DNA of 5,423 nucleotides from a virus (Duplodnaviria; Heunggongvirae; Uroviricota; Caudoviricetes): IMG/VR virus record IMGVR_UViG_2706794691_000011; one strand, 5' to 3'. Shown piece by piece: positions 1 to 5,389 of this stretch (position 1 is its first letter; each line of letters starts with the position of its first letter). The notes under the pieces were generated by a model. It saw only the letters and a program-made list of their open reading frames with translations, ran no database searches and was not told where the DNA came from. The position numbers and the translations under genes were made by a program.

Positions 1-35
1 GCAGCCTTCAGGGAAAAATATCATCAGATGGCTGC

Positions 36-209
36 TTAAAAAAAGAACAAATGGTAGTGTCCGCTATTGCCAGTACACCTCAGGGTATAAGGGGTTATGG
101 CCACCGGACTACCAAACGGCTGCCAGCCCTCTTTCAGTTTATGTGTCAGCTTTTCCGCAAGATCTGACGGCGGCGCCGCCCTGACAACATCATAGTGTTT
201 AAATGCCAT
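36..209 (-). CDS. small phage protein, 57 aa (MAFKHYDVVR...EGWQPFGSP...); possibly DUF1737-like, as found near lysis genes of lambdoid prophages
   Basis: ORF track 36..224. The internal ATG at 209 is preceded by GGTGGAAAG about 7 nt upstream, whereas the ATG at 224 has no Shine-Dalgarno. GC content and codon pattern look like the phage backbone. The family assignment is from memory of a GWQP-containing small-protein family and is unverified. Downstream at 24..1 another minus ORF appears to begin (ATGATATTTTTCCC...). Confidence 0.5.
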   Translation of the reverse strand: MAFKHYDVVRAAPPSDLAEKLTHKLKEGWQPFGSPVAITPYTLRCTGNSGHYHLFFF

Positions 210-221
210 GGTTCTTTCCAC

Positions 222-240
222 CATCTGAAAAATAATTCTT
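222..240. repeat. direct repeat copy 1 (CATCTGAAAAATAATTCTT)
   Basis: 19-nt segment matching 376-394 at 17/19 positions, with an identical 13-mer core GAAAAATAATTCT; lies in the divergent intergenic region. Confidence 0.5.
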
Positions 241-375
241 TAAAATACCTGACATGTAATACAGAAAAAACACAAAACCATACCTTAAATAAAAACCTGA
301 TTATCAAGCAGATATGCATGGATAAACTACAAGACGAGATATAAACCACCCTGCATTTAAATAAACAATAAACAA

Positions 376-394
376 CATCAGAAAAATAATTCTG
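376..394. repeat. direct repeat copy 2 (CATCAGAAAAATAATTCTG)
   Basis: Second copy, 154 bp from the first, immediately upstream of the putative promoter of the plus-strand cargo gene. Confidence 0.5.
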
Positions 395-401
395 CTCTAT
401 G

Positions 402-429
402 GTTTACATTCAAAAATATCATTTATACT
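402..429 (+). promoter_or_regulatory. candidate sigma70 promoter for cargo gene A
   Basis: -35-like GTTTACA (402-408) and -10-like TATACT (424-429) with a 15-16 bp spacer, about 40 bp upstream of the ATG at 470. Weak, by eye only. Confidence 0.25.
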
Positions 430-469
430 TTTCAGAACATCACCAGCAAGGCATAAACAAGGAAACTAA

Positions 470-1120
470 ATGAAGTGGATTGTGATTGATACNNNNNNNN
501 NNNNNNNNNNNNNNNNNNNNNNNNNNNNNNNNNNNNNNNNNNNNNNNNNNNNNNNNNNNNNNNNNNNNNNNNNNNNNNNNNNNNNNNNNNNNNNNNNNNN
601 NNNNNNNNNNNNNNNNNNNNNNNNNNNNNNNNNNNNNNNNNNNNNNNNNNNNNNNNNNNNNNNNNNNNNNNNNNNNNNNNNNNNNNNNNNNNNNNNNNNN
701 NNNNNNNNNNNNNNNNNNNNNNNNNNNNNNNNNNNNNNNNNNNNNNNNNNNNNNNNATATAGCACCCTGACTGATACTGTAGTACCTAAGGTTCCAGAAA
801 CTGTGATGTATCCGGNNNNNNNNNNNNNNNNNNNNNNNNNNNNNNNNNNNNNNNNNNNNNNNNNNNNNNNNNNNNNNNNNNNNNNNNNNNNNNNNNNNNN
901 NNNNNNNNNNNNNNNNNNNNNNNNNNNNNNNNNNNNNNNNNNNNNNNNNNNNNNNNNNNNNNNNNNNNNNNNNNNNNNNNNNNNNNNNNNNNNNNNNNNN
1001 NNNNNNNNNNNNNNNNNNNNNNNNNNNNNNNNNNNNNNNNNNNNNNNNNNNNNNNNNNNNNNNNNNNNNNNNNNNNNNNNNNNNNNNNNNNNNNNNNNNN
1101 NNNNNNNNAAGAGCAAATAA
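470..1120 (+). CDS. hypothetical cargo protein A (up to 216 aa, mostly masked); N-terminus MKWIVIDT...
   Basis: ATG at 470 with Shine-Dalgarno AAGGA (459-463) 6 nt upstream. In the readable middle segment 757-815 this is the only open plus frame, and the codons look coding (G-rich first positions). The end at the TAA at 1118-1120 is uncertain because an in-frame stop could lie in the masked parts. Orientation is opposite to the phage late genes. Confidence 0.45.
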   Translation: MKWIVIDXXXXXXXXXXXXXXXXXXXXXXXXXXXXXXXXXXXXXXXXXXXXXXXXXXXXXXXXXXXXXXXXXXXXXXXXXXXXXXXXXXXXXXXXXYSTLTDTVVPKVPETVMYPXXXXXXXXXXXXXXXXXXXXXXXXXXXXXXXXXXXXXXXXXXXXXXXXXXXXXXXXXXXXXXXXXXXXXXXXXXXXXXXXXXXXXXXXXXXXXXXXXXKSK

Positions 1121-1393
1121 TTCTGAATTAGCAACCATGAACTCATCGCAAACCCTCTGTATAGCATCACTATTCAGAATAATAACGTCTCTTCCCGAAA
1201 GACGATCAGGAGTACAGAACAAAACTGTCAAACGGCTGAAGGCCTTTGCTCGTGCTGCATTGACTATATCAATACGCTGCCTAAGGATGAAACACCCCGA
1301 CGCCTCATCAATATTCACTCTACCCACACCATATGAATGATAAATATTTAATGCTGAAAAAACCATTAGACCGTATAACAAACACTCAATCAA
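1109..1393 (-). CDS. hypothetical cargo ORF B, N-terminal part (at least 95 codons readable; 3' end inside masked region)
   Basis: Open minus frame across all 285 readable nt; about one third of codons start with G and nearly half end in T (coding signature in AT-rich DNA), whereas the overlapping plus ORF 1137..1340 has an antisense-like pattern. Start is either TTG at 1393 or ATG at 1366; both have weak ribosome-binding sites. Converges on gene A. Confidence 0.35.
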
Positions 1394-1434
1394 TACTTAA
1401 CAGAACTTTTATTTTTGACAAACATAAAATATTT

Positions 1435-1707
1435 TCAACAATATCCTGAGCCAGGNNNNNNNNNNNNNNNNNNNNNNNNNNNNNNNNNNNNNNNNNNNNN
1501 NNNNNNNNNNNNNNNNNNNNNNNNNNNNNNNNNNNNNNNNNNNNNNNNNNNNNNNNNNNNNNNNNNNNNNNNNNNNNNNNNNNNNNNNNNNNNNNNNNNN
1601 NNNNNNNNNNNNNNNNNNNNNNNNNNNNNNNNNNNNNNNNNNNNNNNNNNNNNNNNNNNNNNNNNNNNNNNNNNNNNNGTGCCTCCCGGTGAATTCAGTA
1701 CCAGCAC
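1435..1707 (-). CDS. possible small ORF C (about 90 aa, GTG start, almost entirely masked)
   Basis: ORF track only; readable ends are 29 nt and 21 nt. Lies between the tRNA terminator and ORF B. Very weak. Confidence 0.15.
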   Translation of the reverse strand: MLVLNSPGGXXXXXXXXXXXXXXXXXXXXXXXXXXXXXXXXXXXXXXXXXXXXXXXXXXXXXXXXXXXXXXXXXXXXXXXXXXXPGSGYC

Positions 1708-1839
1708 CTGAATCCGCGATTATCCCATATACCTACTCGCTGATTGCCCCTCCGCACAGGGGGATTCACCATGCCAGTTTCTTTTAACAAACTCCCCGCA
1801 AAACAGACAACTGTCAACCGTCTGAATTGTGAGACATTT

Positions 1840-1865
1840 AAAAAAAAGGCCCGCAAAAGCGAGCC
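1840..1865 (-). terminator. rho-independent terminator downstream of the tRNA cluster
   Basis: On the minus-strand RNA: GGCUCGC-UUUU-GCGGGCC (7-bp stem with one G-U pair) followed by 8 U. No T-tract on the plus strand, so it is minus-specific. Confidence 0.7.
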
Positions 1866-1879
1866 AGGGAAAATAAGTG

Positions 1880-1956
1880 TGGCGCGTTGTACTGGATTCG
1901 AACCAGTGACCGATTGCTTAGAAGGCAATTGCTCTGTCCGGCTGAGCTAACAACGC
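1880..1956 (-). tRNA. argO: tRNA-Arg, anticodon UCU (reads AGA)
   Basis: Manual cloverleaf, 77 nt: acceptor GCGTTGT/ACAACGC, D-arm GCTC..GAGC, anticodon loop CTTCTAA, T-arm ACTGG-TTCGAAT-CCAGT, discriminator G, encoded CCA. Confidence 0.9.
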
Positions 1957-1969
1957 ATGATGCAGATAA

Positions 1970-2046
1970 TGGACCGCCATCGGGGACTTGAACCCCGCGC
2001 AGCCAGCTTCGAAGGCTGGCGCTCTTTCCTGATGAGCTAATGGCGG
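1970..2046 (-). tRNA. argN: tRNA-Arg, anticodon UCG (reads CGA/CGG)
   Basis: Manual cloverleaf, 77 nt: acceptor CCGCCAT/ATGGCGG (unusual C1-G72), anticodon stem CCAGC/GCTGG, loop CTTCGAA, T-arm CGGGG-TTCAAGT-CCCCG, encoded CCA. Confidence 0.85.
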
Positions 2047-2053
2047 TATGTGA

Positions 2054-2129
2054 TGGTGGCCCTTGCTGGATTTGAACCAGCGACCTGGCGATTATGAGTC
2101 GCTCGCTCTCACCACTGAGCTAAAGGGCC
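2054..2129 (-). tRNA. ileZ: tRNA-Ile2 (anticodon CAU, lysidine type, reads AUA); anticodon alone would also fit tRNA-Met
   Basis: Manual cloverleaf, 76 nt: GGCCCTTTAGCTCAGTGGTGAGAGCGAGCGACTCATAATCGCCAGGTCGCTGGTTCAAATCCAGCAAGGGCCACCA. Closely resembles E. coli ileX as I recall it; anticodon loop CTCATAA. Confidence 0.9.
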
Positions 2130-2169
2130 GGGAGCCGCATAATAACGACGCGTAATTAATTCTTCAATA

Positions 2170-2994
2170 TCATCCGTTCTGGCTGACTAAATCCTGTACT
2201 TCCCGAACCGTCTGCTCAAAACGTTCAGTCTCCAGCTCAACGCCAATTGCACGACGCCCGAGCGCCAGTGCCGCTTTCACTGTCGAACCCAACCCCATGA
2301 AAAAATCTGCAATCAGGTCACCCGGACGACTGCTAGCGCTGATTATCTGCTGCAGCATTTCTGCCGGTTTTTCGCACGGATGTTTCCCGGGATAGAACTG
2401 CACCGGTTTATGCGTCCACACATCGGTATACGGCACCTGCACCGTCACGCCAAAATACCGCCGCAGATGTTTATATTCACTCAGCAGCTCCGCATACTGC
2501 CGGTTCAGTGAGGTATACGTATCCACCAGCTGGTGGTGGAGCTTTTCCAGTTCACCACGCCGATGCTTCTCTTCTGCCACCCGGGCAAACAGCGCCTGTA
2601 ATTTCAGATAATCGCTTTCATTCGGCAACTGCCACTGACCGGCACTGAACCAGTGCGACACCATGTTTTTCTTTCCTGTGGCATCTGCAATCTGTTTTGC
2701 CGTTATCCCCAGGGCAGNNNNNNNNNNNNNNNNNNNNNNNNNNNNNNNNNNNNNNNNNNNNNNNNNNNNNNNNNNNNNNNNNNNNNNNNNNNNNNNNNNN
2801 NNNNNNNNNNNNNNNNNNNNNNNNNNNNNNNNNNNNNNNNNNNNNNNNNNNNNNNNNNNNNNNNNNNNNNNNNNNNNNNNNNNNNNNNNNNNNNNNNNNN
2901 NNNNNNNNNNNNNNNNNNNNNNNNNNNNNNNNNNNNNNNNNNNNNNNNNNNNNNNNNNNNNNNNNNNNNNNNNNNNNNNNNNNNNNNNCAGGTT
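2170..2994 (-). CDS. DNA methyltransferase, beta-class N6-adenine/N4-cytosine type (C-terminal part readable; start inside masked region)
   Basis: Readable 2170-2717: ...HPCEKPAEMLQQIISASSRPGDLIADFFMGLGSTVKAALALGRRAIGVELE... matches the HPTQKP...FxGSGTT...LGRRxIGxE block of CcrM-like methylases. An HTH-like segment (ALGITAKQIADATGKK) lies upstream in the same frame. This frame has a TGA at 2995-2997, so its start must lie in 2718-2994. Confidence 0.8.
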   Translation of the reverse strand, partial: NLXXXXXXXXXXXXXXXXXXXXXXXXXXXXXXXXXXXXXXXXXXXXXXXXXXXXXXXXXXXXXXXXXXXXXXXXXXXXXXXXXXXXXXXXXXXALGITAKQIADATGKKNMVSHWFSAGQWQLPNESDYLKLQALFARVAEEKHRRGELEKLHHQLVDTYTSLNRQYAELLSEYKHLRRYFGVTVQVPYTDVWTHKPVQFYPGKHPCEKPAEMLQQIISASSRPGDLIADFFMGLGSTVKAALALGRRAIGVELETERFEQTVREVQDLVSQNG

Positions 2995-3547
2995 TCAGCA
3001 CCCGCCAGAACTGCGCCAGACACTGGTCCAGCCANNNNNNNNNNNNNNNNNNNNNNNNNNNNNNNNNNNNNNNNNNNNNNNNNNNNNNNNNNNNNNNNNN
3101 NNNNNNNNNNNNNNNNNNNNNNNNNNNNNNNNNNNNNNNNNNNNNNNNNNNNNNNNNNNNNNNNNNNNNNNNNNNNNNNNNNNNNNNNNNNNNNNNNNNN
3201 NNNNNNNNNNNNNNNNNNNNNNNNNNNNNNNNNNNNNNNNNNNNNNNNNNNNNNNNNNNNNNNNNNNNNNNNNNNNNNAGGTTTGCTTGTGAACCCAACG
3301 CATNNNNNNNNNNNNNNNNNNNNNNNNNNNNNNNNNNNNNNNNNNNNNNNNNNNNNNNNNNNNNNNNNNNNNNNNNNNNNNNNNNNNNNNNNNNNNNNNN
3401 NNNNNNNNNNNNNNNNNNNNNNNNNNNNNNNNNNNNNNNNNNNNNNNNNNNNNNNNNNNNNNNNNNNNNNNNNNNNNNNNNNNNNNNNNNNNNNNNNNNN
3501 NNNNNNNNNNNNNNNNNNNNNNNNNNNNNNNNNNNNNNNNNNNNNNN
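2989..3547 (-). CDS. masked upstream ORF; probable methyltransferase N-terminal region in a different frame
   Basis: Readable 2989-3034 translates to WLDQCLAQFWRVLKP with common E. coli codons, resembling the WLxxxxRVLKPxG motif that follows DPPY in beta-class methylases. It is one frame off from the C-terminal ORF. A Shine-Dalgarno AAGGAAAAG sits at 3552-3560 just before the mask, so a start near 3540-3547 is plausible. Confidence 0.35.
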
Positions 3548-3669
3548 ATGTCTTTTCCTTTTCCGGTTAACGTGACACACCAATAACTCTTGTCGAAAAA
3601 GCCAGCAAGCTGAAAGACAGGTATTCACCGCCACCAGCGCGTTTACTGTACTGACGCGATTTCAGTCAT

Positions 3670-3693
3670 AAAAAACCCGCTCGGCGGCGGGTT
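3670..3693 (-). terminator. tR'-like rho-independent terminator after the late promoter
   Basis: Minus RNA: AACCCGC-CGCCGA-GCGGGUU followed by UUUU, about 40-65 nt downstream of the predicted late-promoter start. Confidence 0.7.
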
Positions 3694-3725
3694 GTAGAAA
3701 CTCTTCTAACGTCAGGCATAAAACG

Positions 3726-3768
3726 CCCATCGTTATAACGAATTTACCACAGATTCCGGAAAAATCAA
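3726..3768 (-). promoter_or_regulatory. lambda PR'-like late promoter with sigma70 pause element (qut region)
   Basis: Minus sense: -35 TTGATT (3768-3763), 16-bp spacer, extended -10 TGgTAAATT (3749-3741), then CGTTAT, then AACGAT-GGG (3734-3726). The TAAATT / 6 nt / AACGAT-GGG arrangement matches lambda PR' as I recall it. Sits directly after the Q stop codon. Confidence 0.7.
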
Positions 3769-3773
3769 CCTTG

Positions 3774-4595
3774 TTACCTAGTTACCTTTTTTAACTGCCG
3801 CTCAGCCCATGCTTCTTCAATATCAAACCGGGTCACCAGCGCATCATAAAATTTCTTAACTGTTTTTTCCCATGACGCGCGTGTTATCTGGTTTGTCACC
3901 TCGCATATAGCATTAAATGCCTCCGTTGATGGTAGTCTTTCATAGCCACGACCACCACAACGCTGGCAGTCTCTGATAACAGGCATACCACGTTTTACCG
4001 ACTCTTCACGATGAATGGCGACACCACGCCCACGGCAATCCTTACAGGCGGTGGAAACCTCACCCTTTCCGCCACACTCCGGACAGGCAACTTTTACCAC
4101 CTCCCTGACTTTTTTCCATTCTTCCCAGTAAGACGGATACACACCTTTCGTACACTTTGCCCATACCGGCGGCTTACCATCCGGATACTGGACCTTGTTT
4201 GTAAAAACTACGCTTTCAATAAATTTTTCCCCATAGCAACAAGGGCACTGCTTTTTACTCGCTGCGCTGCGGGCATAATCCTCAAAAGCGTACGAAGCCA
4301 TAATGCGCATCACTACCGGTTTTATTTCTGCCGGAAGTTTTCTCAACGCCGCCACACGATCGCACCGACTGAGTGCATAATCTGCCAGTAATTCTGTTGC
4401 CCGCGCCCTGTCATTCATACTGATGCCCATTTTCCCCAGGAACGCAGAAAACCCCATCTCAGCCCGATTCTGTGTCATGCCCTGCGCGGCCATCACATCA
4501 GTGATACTCAGCGCATCTTTTGACGTTGAGGCCGATGCATCGGTCAGGCAAGGGGATTTTGGGGAGTAGTATTTCGGTAAATCTTCCAGTTTCAT
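3774..4595 (-). CDS. antitermination protein Q-like late-gene regulator (273 aa)
   Basis: Intact ORF with Shine-Dalgarno-like AGGT before the ATG. C-terminal Cys pairs (CPECGGKG...CKDCRGRG...CQRCGGRG) suggest a zinc-binding module as in Q proteins. The strongest evidence is position: immediately upstream of the PR'-like promoter and terminator. Confidence 0.7.
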   Translation of the reverse strand: MKLEDLPKYYSPKSPCLTDASASTSKDALSITDVMAAQGMTQNRAEMGFSAFLGKMGISMNDRARATELLADYALSRCDRVAALRKLPAEIKPVVMRIMASYAFEDYARSAASKKQCPCCYGEKFIESVVFTNKVQYPDGKPPVWAKCTKGVYPSYWEEWKKVREVVKVACPECGGKGEVSTACKDCRGRGVAIHREESVKRGMPVIRDCQRCGGRGYERLPSTEAFNAICEVTNQITRASWEKTVKKFYDALVTRFDIEEAWAERQLKKVTR

Positions 4596-4960
4596 TTTTT
4601 GACCTGCTCTTCATGCATTATGGGGTAAATCTTCACCCCCAGACGTCCACCAGATACTGGCTGACCACGAANNNNNNNNNNNNNNNNNNNNNNNNNNNNN
4701 NNNNNNNNNNNNNNNNNNNNNNNNNNNNNNNNNNNNNNNNNNNNNNNNNNNNNNNNNNNNNNNNNNNNNNNNNNNNNNNNNNNNNNNNNNNNNNNNNNNN
4801 NNNNNNNNNNNNNNNNNNNNNNNNNNNNNNNNNNNNNNNNNNNNNNNNNNNNNNNNNNNNNNNNNNNNNNNNNNNNNNNNNNNNNNNNNNNNNNNNNNNN
4901 NNNNNNNNNNNNNNNNNNNNNCACCGTCGGCGGATAAGGTAAAATAAACTCATGGCGCAT
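4592..4960 (-). CDS. rusA: RusA-like Holliday junction resolvase (122 aa, middle masked)
   Basis: N-terminus MRHEFILPYPPTV and C-terminus ...GGRLGVKIYPI resemble E. coli RusA (ITLPWPPSNN... / ...GGRLELTI) as recalled; the length fits. Start and stop are in the same frame across the mask. Overlaps the upstream stop (TGATG) and the Q start (ATGA). Confidence 0.7.
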   Translation of the reverse strand: MRHEFILPYPPTVXXXXXXXXXXXXXXXXXXXXXXXXXXXXXXXXXXXXXXXXXXXXXXXXXXXXXXXXXXXXXXXXXXXXXXXXXXXXXXXXXXXXRGQPVSGGRLGVKIYPIMHEEQVKK

Positions 4961-5217
4961 CAGCGCAGCACCTCCTGCACCAGTTTTTCAAACTTTCCGA
5001 CTCTGGTTTCCAGCTCTGCCACACAGTCCACCAGCTCATCTACTGCTTTCTGTGCGCGATGCTTCGCCTGCATCAGTTCCCGAAGCGCGGGTACCATATC
5101 TTTACGGATAGCGTCTTTTGTTATGCCCGTTTTTTCGAGTTGTTCAGCATGACGCAGCATTTCCTGCGCGTGTTTACGCAATTGTTCAGGGGTAAAAGTC
5201 ATTGTCTGGTTGTTCAA
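4960..5217 (-). CDS. hypothetical nin-region protein (85 aa from TTG at 5217, or 80 aa from ATG at 5202)
   Basis: Intact ORF with good codon usage (MTFTPEQLRKHAQEMLRHAEQLEK...). GGAG lies 8 nt upstream of the TTG; the ATG at 5202 has no Shine-Dalgarno. Stop overlaps the rusA start. Confidence 0.6.
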   Translation of the reverse strand: MNNQTMTFTPEQLRKHAQEMLRHAEQLEKTGITKDAIRKDMVPALRELMQAKHRAQKAVDELVDCVAELETRVGKFEKLVQEVLR

Positions 5218-5369
5218 AAGAAACGCTCCATCTTACTGCTGTCAGTTCGTTTATTACTGTATCTGCGCGGATTGCCGGGCTTCATGGGAGTGGAAAGCAC
5301 CCGTGCACTTTCCTGGTCCACAGGCAGAAAATGTCCGTAGACTGGCCCCCTGAATCTCCAGACAACCAG

Positions 5370-5389
5370 TATCACTTAAATAAGTGATA
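5370..5389. promoter_or_regulatory. 20-bp palindrome TATCACTTA-AA-TAAGTGATA, candidate operator
   Basis: Perfect 9-bp inverted arms around a 2-bp centre; half-site TATCAC resembles lambda-type operator half-sites. Upstream (minus sense) of the 85-aa/rusA/Q operon and overlapping a possible -35/-10 pair (TTAAGA, 17 nt, GATACT). Confidence 0.3.

Noticed and set aside
146-349. Minus ORF of 67 aa across the AT-rich intergenic region
   Set aside because: Overlaps the small phage gene out of frame and then runs through low-complexity AT-rich sequence; no start signal.
466-1170. Minus ORF of 234 aa in a third frame
   Set aside because: Open only because of masking; the readable ends look non-coding and overlap better-supported frames.
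1137-1340. Plus-strand 67-aa ORF
   Set aside because: Few codons start with G and many end in A or C, which is the antisense pattern of ORF B; no Shine-Dalgarno; S/R/C-rich low-plausibility peptide.
440-1393. Single 317-aa minus-strand ORF spanning the whole cargo
   Set aside because: Its continuity depends on masked X codons. In the readable middle segment the plus frame looks coding and the minus frame does not, and its C-terminus would overlie the ribosome-binding site and start of gene A. Only its N-terminal part is kept, as ORF B.
440-1700. Shiga toxin genes stxA/stxB downstream of the tRNAs
   Set aside because: Readable translations in all frames on both strands (1109-1393, 757-815, 440-492) show no resemblance to StxA or StxB as I recall them, and the best-supported gene here is on the opposite strand.
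1679-1707. NSPGG motif (MLVLNSPGG) suggesting a ClpP/SppA-type protease
   Set aside because: The motif would sit at the very N-terminus of a roughly 90-aa ORF whose frame closes 4 codons upstream, unlike protease architecture; treated as coincidence.
1415-1711. Plus ORF of 98 aa starting at a TTG within TTGACA
   Set aside because: Almost entirely masked, TTG start with no ribosome-binding site; the readable ends give no coding evidence.
1695-1950. ORFs 1695..1928 (minus) and 1744..1950 (plus)
   Set aside because: Both run through the tRNA-Arg(UCU) gene and its terminator; chance open frames.
2995-3303. 102-aa minus ORF (MRWVHKQT...GWTSVWRSSGGC) as a separate gene
   Set aside because: At 2989-3034 the competing frame has far better codon usage and a methylase motif; this frame's TGA is taken as an out-of-frame stop.
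2618-3634. 338-aa minus ORF and the plus ORFs 2653..3570, 2663..3292, 2697..3575, minus ORF 2703..3023
   Set aside because: Long only because masked codons cannot contain stops. The readable N-terminus (MAVNTCLSACWLF...) lies upstream of the gene's likely ribosome-binding site, and the C-terminus is the wrong frame of the methylase. Only the RVLKP-like segment is retained.
4011-5387. Plus-strand ORFs 4011..4391, 4520..4942, 4952..5152, 5059..5340, 5202..5387 and minus ORF 4633..4953
   Set aside because: Antisense or alternative frames of the Q, rusA and 85-aa genes, with no start signals; the minus-strand genes have coherent family features and coupling overlaps.
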